From Gracilinanus agilis (taxonomy: Eukaryota), in the NCBI RefSeq assembly GCF_016433145.1, contig NC_058133.1, positions 246,778,201-246,841,389 of the forward strand: a DNA stretch of 63,189 nucleotides, in the 5' to 3' direction. The notes below the pieces were generated by a model, which worked only from the letters and a program-made list of their open reading frames with translations, was not told the origin of the DNA and searched no databases. A program made the translations under genes and the position numbers. Each line of letters starts with the position of its first letter. Within the stretch, counting starts at the first letter, position 1. Shown piece after piece: positions 24,283 through 36,500 of this stretch.

Positions 24283-24493
24283 TTTTTTTTTTAAAAACCC
24301 TTACCTTCCATTTTTAGAATCAATATTGTATATTGGTTCCAAGGCAGAAGAACAGTAATGGCTAAACAACTAGGGTTAAGTAACTTGTCCAAGGTCACAC
24401 AGTAAATGTTTGAGGTCAGATTTGAACTCATGAAGATGAGTCTTCCTGATTCTAAGCCCCATGCTCTAGCCACTGCACCAGTTAGCTGTCCCC
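24280..24493 (-). mobile_element. Marsupial tRNA-derived SINE (older subfamily)
   Basis: AAACCCTTACCTTCC tail and CAGTTAGCTGTCCCC head (antisense). Confidence 0.8.
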
Positions 24494-25229
24494 TGATTCT
24501 TCTCTTTAGAGGGCTAGGCTCTCTTATGACTGATCCTGGTCTGCAGGTGTATAGAGAGGTCCAATACTCCTGGGTCTCACAGTGAATCTTATTGTTACAC
24601 CAGTCATTTCATATTGCCCACTTTCATGCTCTAAGCAACTAGATGGCACAAGTACAAATTTTAAAATACCATATGAATATTATGATATTGACATACTCTG
24701 GGTTTCAGTTAAACTAGCCTAAAAACTATGTTGTATGTAGTAATTATCTGTCTCTCCTTTCATGTTTTTGCACAAGTGTTTCTTCTCAACTTGAACAAGC
24801 TCCATCACCACTGCCTTCTCCTAGTATCTCTAGCATGAAGGAGGTAGCCTGAGTTTGGGGAAAACATTTTTGCCCCAGTAAAAGTAAGCTTAGAAATCAA
24901 AGAAACAGAGCTACAGGGTTTTGAAAAATAAAGACCCTCAGGTTGGCAAGGACGGGATCAGCCTTAGAGATTTTCTGCCCCACCAGCATATCTGATAAAA
25001 TTAGCCTCTGAGAAAATGCATTATCTCACTAGAACAAACACAATCTTTGTAGCTCCTGAGACCCCAAGGATAACAGTTATAAACCCAAGGTAAACACATT
25101 TCCCCCCAAATCAAAATTTAAAAATCCTGCCTCTTATTATTCAACCTCTCGAATAAAAAAATATGACTGACTAGTCTGAACTGATAGGCTCTTTTTGCCT
25201 GGCAGTAATGTTACCCTAAGGCTATGTAA

Positions 25230-25268
<39 letters not shown>

Positions 25269-25769
25269 CAACTTCCTTGTTTCAGTACTCTACTCTTGGC
25301 TTACTTACTGCTTTTTTAACCAGCCTCTACATTTATTGATTTCTAGTCAAACAGACAAAGGTAGGAGAATTACTCTCTAGAGGATCTTAGGAACTCTCCA
25401 GGTTAAGTAACTCCCCAATACTAGTTTCCTCCAAAATACAACATAAGTCATTTGTCTGTTATTGACCTCTTTGTATAACTTTCACATTCTTTGGGTTTAT
25501 TTATTTTTGTACATGTCCTATTCCCCAGTAGAATCTAAATTTCTGGAAGAGACGGACTGTTTTATTATATGCCTTGTATATAGTAGGTGTTTAATGAGTC
25601 TTTGTTGAACTGAACACTAAAGTCCAGAAAGAGAGGAATCCTCCACAAAGTATACCTAAGCAAGCCTACATCGATCTTATGACTGTGCTTTTTCAATTCA
25701 AATTATTTTATGTAAATATTTCAGGGTAGAATCATTGAAATAGTCAAGTCAAATAAATAAGTCAACATT

Positions 25770-26560
25770 TATTAAATGACTATCATGAGCCAGGCACAGT
25801 GCTAAGCTTTAGAAATGCAAAGGAAGGCAAAAAACAGTTCTTGCTTTGAAAAAGCTCACAATATAATAGGGGAAACAACAAGCAAACAACTATATACAAA
25901 CAGGGTAAACTGGAGAAAATATTATAGAGAAGGAACCAAGATAAGGAGAACCTGGGAAGGTTTTCTACAGAAGATGAGAATTTAGCTGAGGGAACCAAGA
26001 AAACCCAGGAGTCAGAGATGAGGAGGGAGAAAGTTACAGGCATAGAAGATGACCAGTGAACTTTGCAGTTGGGAGATCAAGTGTCTTGTGAAAGGAACAG
26101 CGAAAAGGTCAGTGTCACTGGATCATAAAATACCTGGAGGAGAGTAAGATACAAGAAGATTAAAAAGATAAAAGAACTCAGATGTGAAGGGCTTTAAAAG
26201 ACCAACAGAATTTCATATTTGATTCTGGAGGTGATAGGGAGCCACTAAGAGCCACTAGAATTTAGGAAGGCAACATATTCGTACTTCAGAAAAATCAGTT
26301 TGATAGTTATGGCGGGGTGGGGGGGGGGGGTGAATTGGAATGAAGAAAATTTAATAGTAGAGTATTGCCTGCACCAAGGTAGTGGTAGTGTGAGTCAAAA
26401 AAATGTTAACAAGGTTAATTTGACAAGACTCAGAGACTCATGAGAGAACATGACAGTTGTTCACCTAGATGACTGAGAGGATAGTGCTGTCCTTGGAAAG
26501 AAATGGGAGGGCAGAGGGGTGGAGGAGATAGAATTCAGTTTTGGACTTGCTGATGTCATA
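25770..26560 (-). mobile_element. L2 fragment
   Basis: AAGTCAACATTTATTAAATGACTATC..CCAGGCACAGTGCTAAG antisense L2 tail followed by purine-rich L2 body. Confidence 0.7.
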
Positions 26561-26573
26561 AGTCTATGAGATA

Positions 26574-26784
26574 GGGGACAGCTGGGTAGCTCAGTGGATT
26601 AGAGCCAGACCTAGAGACTGGAGGTCCTAGGTTCAAATCTAGCCTCAGACACTTCCCAGTTGTGTGACCCTGGGCAAGTCACTTGACCCCCATTGCCTAA
26701 CTCTTACCACTCTTCTGCCTAGGAGCCAATACACAGTATTGATTCCAAAACGGAAGGTAAGGGTTTTTATTTAAAAAAAAAAAA
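26574..26784 (+). mobile_element. Monomeric SINE1-like SINE
   Basis: GGGGACAGCTGGGTAGCTCAGTGG head, GGTTCAAATC B box, AAGGTAAGGG..poly(A) tail. Confidence 0.9.
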
Positions 26785-27110
26785 TGTCTGAGACATACTA
26801 ATAGGCAGTTGCAGATGCAAATGGAGGTCAGGATAGTTCATGAAAATAGCTTTCCTGCGAGTCAAAAATTCAAATTTTGCCTCTGATACATACTCTGTAT
26901 GACTCTGGACAAGTCATTTTAACTTCAATTAAGTGCGGAGCAGCATGGGCAGAGACTACCTATATGGATGATATCACAAGACTTGTAAAAAAAAAAAAAA
27001 AAGAAGGAAAAAGCAACCTTTCCACATTCATTTATCCTTACTTACATATCTTTGAAAGTTTTCATTCTTAATTACACTATAGCATTCCGTTACATGATAC
27101 ACTGCTTCTT

Positions 27111-27175
27111 AAACGCTCCAGATGAGTTTTCTACCCAGTAACTAGTGAGGTCTTTAAATTCTAATATTCTATTGG
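27111..27175 (+). promoter_or_regulatory. MHC-class-II-type S-X-X2-Y module of the BTN2A promoter
   Basis: S-like AAACGCT 27111-27117, 16 nt, X CCCAGTAACTAGTG 27134-27147, X2 TGAGGTC, then ATTGG 27171-27175, 23 nt after the X box. Confidence 0.75.
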
Positions 27176-27229
27176 ATAAACAGGCTAAAAATCTACCAAT
27201 CCCAAGGCAGGTCCTGTAAAGTGGTGCCT

Positions 27230-27372
27230 GGGCTCAAACTAAGAGGAACAACATCCTCCTGCGGCTGAGCAGAGGTTCCTGTGGTTACTGAAGAAAGGCT
27301 AAGAAAACTCTGTCCCCTTCTTTCTGCAACTTTGGGCTTTCGGTTTGGCTGTCCCATGGGGAACCCAGGCAG
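27230..27372 (+). other. Putative non-coding exon 1 of BTN2A (5' boundary uncertain)
   Basis: Strong donor CAG|GTGAGT at 27372/27373 downstream of the SXY module; GC-richer than flanks. Confidence 0.55.
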
Positions 27373-30300
27373 GTGAGTAAGGAGGGAAAGCGTGTACCAG
27401 TAATTTACAGAGGAGAATCGAGAACAGAACATGATTCTTCTAAGAGGAGGAGAAATCATTCACTGCTAAAGGGAAGTATCTCCTTGTAGCAGAGAGAGGA
27501 GGGACAGAGTAAAAAGGGAAAGTGAATCTCATTTTCTAATGGCTGTATTATTAGCCTTTATTTACCCTACAGGGCATTTTTAAGAAAATAGGAAACCGAA
27601 GATGAGGAAAGGCAGGCAGAGAAAGTGGAGTAATTCTACTCAGGATAGAAAATGGGTACAAACTGTTTTGCATTGAAGCCCCAAATAGAACTCTGAGTTT
27701 ACTCACTTTCCGCCATACCCAAATTTCTTCCCCAGGAAGAAAGGAACAATTATGCTCTGCAGGTTATTTACTGTAGCCATTAGGTATTAGTACCCTCTTT
27801 ACAGAAGTGGGGCATCTCTAATGGTGGAATATTGCATAAAAACTTTCAGATTCTATTGATATGTTGGTTAAATTTGCTAAACTGCTTTCTCTGTCTCTGT
27901 CACTGTCTCTGCCTCTTTTGTTATAAAAGACAAACTGGAGTGGGGAAGGTGATGGATATTTTGGAAATAAAAGATACATTTTTTTAAAAATAATGATTTG
28001 TTGGTACCAAATCAAAGCATAAAATTAAAGCTATCCTGTGACCTTCACCTGGGGTTCCCTTTGTTTAGGATTATACAGCAGCAAATTTGTTTTCCAGGAT
28101 TGGATGAGCTCTGCCAATCAGACAACAAGCATTTCTAAGTCCATAGCTTACTGCCCTCCTAAAGATTTTTTGTTTGGTCTACTTGGTTTGTTTGGGTTTT
28201 TTTTTTCTTGGTGCGGACCTGAGATTTTATTGTATAAGGAGTTTCCTGGTGAGGAATCTCCTCATCCAGTAGAGATCAGTGCGTGTTTGCTTTACATTTT
28301 AAATTTTAGAGCCTAAGTAGGTAATAAGAGGTTAATTGACTTACCCAGGGCCACTGAGGCAGTATGTATCAGAGATGGGACTTGAACTTAAGTCTTTCTG
28401 ACTCCAAGGATAATTGTCTATCCCCTACAGCAGGATGCCTCCCCTACAAAGAATAAAATCAGAGTAAGCAATCAATCCTGTCCTAAATCTGGTCCTACTA
28501 TCTTCAGTGTTTCTCTCCAATATTCTACCATTCTTGCAGACTTCCAAGTTTATCATTTTGGAGCTTTCTTTAAGTCTTTTCTCACATCAAAATAGTTATG
28601 GACCCTATAGATTTCAACTCTAAAATATTTTTTTAATTTGTTCCCACTGCCTATTACTGGTTACCATCTGCATGGACTATTACAATAGCCTTCTGAAGGT
28701 TTTTCCTCTTTCTTTTCCTCTCTTTTGCATCATTTATGTCTTCAATCTTCTGACTTCTTGCTTACCTCATATTACTCTCTGTAGGCCAAAAAAAAAAAAA
28801 AAGATTACTTACTGTCCTTAAAATATTCCTTGTGCCTTTCTACCCATAAGTCTTTGATCATGGATTAATGAAAGTTAATTTATTCATCAATATTTATTTA
28901 CTTAGTACTTATTATGGGGATACAAATAAAAAAGTAAACTAATTTCTGCTCTTAAAAGGGTTCACACTAGTGGGAGAGACAAACCAAACAGAAGATTTCA
29001 GGTACAAGTCAAATGAAAATATTTATTGGTCCTTAGGATACAGTGGCAAAGCAGGTGGTCACACAACTTTTGAAGCATCCTGCAGCTCCACTGGGACTGG
29101 AAAACAAATGGAAAAATGGCCTAGGAAAGAGTTTTAAGGCATATAGAGACAAATGAGAGACACGGAGAAATCTAGCATGGAGGCAATCAGCAAGAGAAGA
29201 ATCACTCACTGACCCTTCACCCAGAAGGTTTATTTAAGATGTAAAAATTTCAAATGGGTTTTCAGATAACACAAAAGAGAAACCAAAAATATCTTTACAT
29301 CAAATTGCAAGCCTAATTACAAAAACAATGATCCAGGTGGCCAGGAAACAGGGATTTGGAAGGAAGTACCAATGCTTTTGTAAAAATCTCCCTTCCCCAA
29401 AAAATCCAGTCCAAGAACCTTCCTGAGTATTAGCAATTTTCATCCTGCTTGTTCAAATGATGATTTTAAGCCTTTGAGATTCCAAAGATCTTTTCGGCGT
29501 GCTGGCCAGCTTCCAGACCACAGCTGTAGTTCTTTGCAAAAATAGAAGCTTAATTTTTAAGTCCAGCAATTTTTTACTCCAATCCAATTGAAGGATTCAA
29601 TATAAATCAATCATGTGAAATATTAAAAATATATCCAGATAAGTCTGATCCATGAACACCTTGCTCACTGGCATCAGCTTTTGAATACATCTTTAACATC
29701 CTCATGATTTGTCATTACTAAAACCTTTCAACTTTAAGGCTCCACTAGGGCCTATGTGATAGAAAGGGTGACAGTGGTTTGGTTCATGCTAGTCTCTCTG
29801 CTTAAAATATCCTCTTTTCTACTTTTGAACTGATGAATTCCTTCTTATTCATCCTTTGAAACGACTCAAATGCCAGTCAACAATCATATTAAGTATTTAT
29901 GTGTCTGACACTGTGCTAAGCTCCAGGAATACAAATTCAAGCAAAAAAAACTCTCAGACTTCAAATAACTTCTGTTCTAATGGGGGAAGCTGAAAGGTGG
30001 TGGAAAGGAATGAAGGCAGGCAATGGAGAACAGCCAGTAAGAAATATGACTAGCCTGAATACCCTCTTTAAATAGAGGTTCTATGAGGAAGCCATCCAGT
30101 CAAAGGAAGGAGTCTATACATAGAGACAGAGTATGTGTACTTCCATGATGTGAATGCCAGGGCTGGAGTGAATGTTCAGGATGAAGAGAATTTGGGACCA
30201 GGTAAAGAAATTGTAAGTGTCGCCTGACGAGAAGCCTTCCTGATTCCCCCAATTGATAATGATCTTCTCTTATAAACCTAATGCTGTACTTTGTTTTGTA

Positions 30301-30479
30301 CTTCTCTAAAGCACTTGTGTATTGCTGCAGTATATTCATATTTCATCCCCCTCCTGGATTGTATTGTCCAGGAGAATGAGGACTACATCATATCTATGGT
30401 AGTTTGTTTTTTTTTAATCTTCTCTTAGCACAGATCTTTTGACACAGTTAAAATAATGTTATTATCTTCTCTAGAAATT

Positions 30480-30564
30480 ATGAATATGGCCTATTTCCAA
30501 GACCATTCTGTGCTAAGTGATCTTGTAGCTGTCCTCTTCCTCCAGCTGCTCACAGTGATCTCAG
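30480..30564 (+). CDS. BTN2A2: BTN2A signal-peptide exon ([28 protein letters not shown])
   Basis: Acceptor TCTCTAG 30474, hydrophobic core, donor CAG|GTAAGT. Confidence 0.85.
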
Positions 30565-33500
30565 GTAAGTATTTCTCTTTCCCAACATGGAGACTTCTCA
30601 AGAGGCAAAAATAATTTCCTCTCTACACTTTTCTCCTATGGAAGGTAATTGTCACCCTCATCTAAGGAAGCCCCTGAAGCTAGAATACCATGGGAATAAA
30701 TTTATCCTTCTCTTGAAAACTTATTCTATTTTCATCCCCCACTCACCCACACACATCTCTGATATATTGCCTATAACCAGTTTCTCTATAACTCTCTTCC
30801 TTTGTTGAACAGCTCAATTTACTGTGGTTGCACCTGCTAAGCCTCTCCTGGCCATGGTAGGGGAAGATGCCATATTACATTGTCACCTCTTCCCCAAGAA
30901 AAATGCTGAGCAAATGGAGGTGAGGTGGTTCCGTTCCCAGTTCTCTCCAGCCATTTATGTGTATAAAGATGGGAAAAATAGAGATGAAGAACAAATGGAA
31001 GAATATCGAAGCAGAACAACGTTTATGAGAGACAATATCAAAGACGGACATGTTGCTCTGAGAATTCACAATGTTACAGCTTTTGAAAATGGAAGGTATC
31101 ACTGTTATTTCCAAGAAGGCAGATCATATGATAAGGCCTTTATAGACTTGAAGGTGGCAAGTGAGTTACTTGGTTTTGCTCTTTGACCTTTCCTCAACTT
31201 GACCCAGGGGGAACCAGACTCAGAACTGGCAGGTCAGCAACCATTTATTGGACACTTACAATATGGCAGACACTGTGCTAAGCCCTGGGAATACAAATAC
31301 AAGTAAAAAATAACACAATCCCTGACCTCAAGGAGCTTATATTCTAATGGGATCCAGGAAGACTACTAAAGAATGGTAGGAAAAGAAATCCAGAGAATCA
31401 GGAGATAGGAGAGAAAGGAATAAAGGAGTAAACAAGGTTGACCTGGGTACTTCCTTAAAATGTAGGTTCTCTGAGGAACTGACCTATGAAAGGAAGAAAA
31501 ACCCTCATTGACTTTATGGGCATTTTTAGTGACCCTTCTCTTTTAACTAGACAATCAATCCCCTTCCTACTAGGTAGGCCATGTATAGCATTTATTGAAA
31601 AAATAATCATAAGTTTTATTTAAACATAACCCAAAGTGAGGAGTGAGGAACCTTTGTGGCCCCCAGGAAATAGCCCAGAAAGAACCACAGAACTTAAAGA
31701 TGCTATTTAAAATTCTCTTGTCCAGCCCTCTTCTTCAGGCAAAAATGAATACCCAAACTTTTCAATTCTAGTCTCCAAGAAGCTTCTTCAGGAAGTACTA
31801 TTTATCAGAAAACTCAGTTTTGAACATAGTATTGTTAAATTGGCCAGTAAATTCTTAATCTTTTTCATTAGAACCCATCACTCATTTCTTTAAACCCATT
31901 TCTTTTTATTTAATCCCTCATAGACAATGCTTTGAGTCTATTGACTTGTGCAACTCATACTACCACTCCTTTTCTCCCAGTTAGCCCTGGAATTTGGCTC
32001 TCTTAGGCCCTGTATTTCATTAAGCTGCCATCTCCTCTCTTCTTTAATCTGGATACACTGTTATCCAATTTGGTCTGTCAGAAAGAATACATTCTTTTTC
32101 TCTTCCATTCCTTTCTGAAAATAGCTCTCTACCCTTCTTTTACTTTACTACAAAACAATATTCTAGTGGGTCATAACTGACCAAAATGAATAGTTACAAA
32201 GTCTGTAATAGTCTTTTCAGTCAATTCTGGTCTTCTATTAAAGCTTTTGAGGGAACCAAACCTAACTTTTTTCTTGGTTTCTTCTCTGTCTTCTTGGTCC
32301 TCAGGTCCTCAGCCCCTTTGCCTTCAATCAGCTAGTTCATTATCTAGATTAGCTATTATCTCTGTTCTTGCTTTATTAATGCTAGAGATACTTCAGCCCT
32401 TTCAGAATTCACCCTTCCAACTCTTAATTTCTGGTTACAAAAACCACCAGCCCCCCTTTTCCAGCCCCACATTGTCTACATAACACACAGGACTAGTGAA
32501 GAGCTAAGCCAGATATGCTTCTCCATATCATGAGTCTTTCCCTTGTTTCTTGTCTTGTTTCAGATCACAGAATAAAGTATGGTTGAGCATTTTATAGGCT
32601 CCTATGAATCCTTTATGATTCTTCATAAGGTAAAATAAGGGCAATTCTATTAACTAATATGTAATGATAGTTTGAACAGTTTCATGGGATCCAAGGGCTT
32701 TTTAACCTACATCTATGGAAATCTCCATGTAAGCTATATTCTGATATCCTTAGGAAGATCCTGACTAAGGGCAAATGGGCCAAAATCTGAAAGACCAAGA
32801 AAAAACCTTGTTGGGGATTGGGTCAGTGAGGAGTTCACAATCCAAAGAAAGATTCATAAGAAGCCTATCCAAGTAAATTCAAATCTGTGGTTCTAGGCAA
32901 TATTTTATAGGCAAATTACACCAATTGCTTACCATCATCTATGTGATGTATAAAATTGATGTGACAAAACCACTCTTTTGGGGTGATTGCAAACTGGTTG
33001 TTGAAAAACCCATTCAAGTATGTTTCCAGTTTGAAACTGAATAGAAATATGGATTTAGGAGTAGTGTGTAGTTTCCAGATTTAGCCATTTTGCCCCATTA
33101 ATTCGCATAGACATGACATTTGCCCTTTTCCAATCCTCAGAAATTCTTGTCCTCAATGATTTCTCAAAATGAATGGTTAGTCAATCTGTAACAACATCTA
33201 TCAGTTCTTTGATCTTATAATCAGATTCTGCTAATTTCAATACATACAGTTCTTTCTCAGCTTGAGTCTGAATTGAATTGAATCTCAACACAACTAGACC
33301 TCTCTAGAAACAACAGTAAAACAAGATATTTTATGAAAAGATTAAAATTATGACTTTTAAAATTTCTGTTTTCTCTGCCTTCAATGATTTTTTCCTGACA
33401 ATTTAGGAAATTTGGATGAATAAAATTTTCTCTAGACCTCTTTGCCTAAAATAAGTAAATATTAAAGACAGAATTTTTTTGTCTTTTATTCACTTATTTG

Positions 33501-36500
33501 CTTTCTAGCACTCTTCTCTTGTTCTCATGCAGTCACACTTATCTAGTGAGAAGGATCAATTTCCATATTTGAATGCTTCTTTTAAATTTTTCAACTCCAT
33601 AGAGAGTTGCAGGTTTAGCCAAACTTCACCTTTATGATATTTTTCTTTCCAATATACTTTGTTCTAGAACAAGAACTTTTTTAAACCACAGCCAGTTCTC
33701 TTTTTAAACCACTGATATTAACACTTCAGTTCTTTCTATCATAGTTTTCCTACTGATTCTTCGCTACTATAAAAATCAATTGTTTTGCCTGTTTAAGTGT
33801 TCCCTCCACTAACACAAACTGCATTTTCTAAATGCCTTATTGGATTAAAAAAAAGTTTTAGTTACTATAACTGAACCCTGCAACAAATCCAATAATGAAG
33901 CATGAGTCTAATTAGCAAGTGCCTAATAGAATACTACCAGTAACATTTATAGGAATCTTGAATGAGGAAAAAATCATATGATATAATACAGTACAGGGTT
34001 AACATTCCAGAATAGTCACCATTCAATTCCTTCCTGGACTACTTCTCTCTAAGAGTTTATTATAAGGATTATCAGAATCCTTACCTTGAATTTCAAAAGA
34101 GGACAGATGCTGTCAGTAGGTAAGTCTTAGAGCCAATTACCCCAAGTGGTAGGGTAGCAACTAGTTATATTTGTTTGTAACCTTTACTGAATTTTATAGG
34201 AAGACCTTAACCTTGTTCTTCCTAATTCCTGAAGGGAAATACTAGAAAGAATTTTAGACTATAGAAATGATATTCCTTACATAAATAGAAAAATTAGAAA
34301 GAAAGGTGGTTGTTGTTGTTTTTAATTCCACAAATTTAATTTGTTGGCTCCCACAACAGAATACCAGTAGGAAAGAAATATTCAAACAAATCACCATCAA
34401 AATTCATAACGATGATGACAAACGATTCTTAAGAACCTAAAATGAAAATAATAGCATACTAAAATCTAAAACCTGCCTCTGAAGGACTTGAATTACAGCC
34501 AGGTGAATCTATGATGAAAAGTTCATGAAGCACAAAAAATTGCCAACAGTGCATTTGGTACATAATTCCAAAATGAGGAAAACTGAAGAGCCTCTATTTC
34601 TCCACAAGCTTTCTCCATGACAATATAAATATCAGTATTTATGTGAGGGCCAAAGGGTAAGTCATTGCCAGGAATGTATTTGAAGTTGGGTTGTTTTTGT
34701 TTATATAGATAAAAAAACTCCACTTCTAAAATGAGCTTAATGTTCTTAAATCTTCAGATTTAAGCTCAGGGGCTCTCTTTTCTCTATGCCAAATGCCTAA
34801 CTCATGGGCAGTCTTTTTCAATCTCGGAATTGATCTTAGAGACATCTTGACCTTGGCATCTGTTCAAGATTCTCAGTAGCCTTGGTCATAGGTATCTACT
34901 TCTTTTCTAGGGTGGTTGGGGAGAGGGAAGGGGAAAACTTTTAACAAGCTGATAACCACAATTAACCTAAAGATAATATAATAGAGTCAGTGATATTAAG
35001 GGGTGGTGATTATCTCGGGAAGGGTGACTTATTTAGCTTAATTAAATAGTAAGAACTATGAGTGACTTTCACATAAGCTACTATTTTCTTAGATTGGGGT
35101 TGGGAGGACAGAGTGAGAGAAGCATAAAGTTTTTTATAAGAAAAGGGTTGAACTTTTAGCATGAAGATTAATAAGGCTACAAGTAGCTGTGCTTTCCCTT
35201 CCCCTGAAAAAAATTTAATTCATTACATGCAAGCAAAAAAAAGACTACAAGTAAGATAGTTAATACAAAATTTTTTTCTGCCTGGGAGAGTTAGTCATTA
35301 GCTAGAAAGTTAGAAGTATTAATAACATTAATAATTATAAAATAGTAATGCTAATAATAATAATAAAATGTTGTAGCAGTGAAAATAAGGCACTGGATAA
35401 TGAAAAAAATATAAACCAATACAGTTTTTCTTTGTTCATTTGTTTAATTGTTCGTTTTGGAAAATTTAATTGTCTTTGTTTTAAGGCTTCTATAATGCTG
35501 CTGCTTCTTCCTTTTCTGTTTTTGAGAGAATAACTAAGGATACAGACTTTCCCCATGATCTCTAACTACACAAGTCTGAAAGTCCTTCAATTTTTCCATC
35601 TGTAAAATAACAATAATAATAATAATATCTCTATTGCCTATCTCACATAGTTGTTATAAGGACCTAAAGAGTTAAGATATATGAAGTTGTAGTATAAATC
35701 AAAATTATTATTATTATTGGATTCCTCTGTTTCTTGAAAATAATTTAATTCCCAAACCTGCTTGCTGTAGTTTTGAATGGTTTAAACCCTTAAAAGTGTT
35801 TGAGGCAATTTGATTTTTTTTTAACTTGAAAAAATTTATTTAATTAATTATTTTCCTATGGTTACATGATTCATGTTCTTTCCTTCCCCTCCTCCTACCA
35901 CACTCCAGTAGCCAGTGAGCATTTCCACTGGGTTTTACATGTGTCATTGATCAAGACCTATTTCCATATTATTAATATTTGCATTAGGGTGATTGCTTAG
36001 AGTCTACATCCCCAATAATATCCCCATCGACCCATGTGATCAAGCAGTTGTTTTTCTTCTGTGTTCTTTCTCTGGATGTGGATAGTGTTCTTTCTCATAA
36101 GTCCCTCAGAATGGTCCTGGATCATTGAATTGCTGCTAGTAGAGAAGTCCATTACATTCAATTGTGCCACAGTGTATCCATCCCTGTGTATAAGGTTCTG
36201 TTTGAGTCAATTTTGAATGGTTAATTCATTCAAGAATTTAGAGATTTTATTCATTTCTTTTTATTCTATTCATTGATTCTATCCATTCAAGAAATTAGAA
36301 CATGACATGAAAAAATTCACCAAAATAGCAATAAAAATAAAGCAGATAACAATTTTTGTAAGTACTACTCTAGATCGTCTGAAAATGTAAAAGTGTAAGA
36401 TAATGATACTTGCCCTTAACAAACCTGTAGTCCAATTTCCCAAGTTCAAGGTAGTGTTCCCTTTGATCAGCTCTAATAAAGTTGACTACAGTAAGTGGAA

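Noticed and set aside
29230-29720. Coding-like minus-strand segment in BTN2A intron 1 (possible processed pseudogene or transposase relic)
   Set aside because: Multiple stops and no family motif I could recognise; needs tblastx
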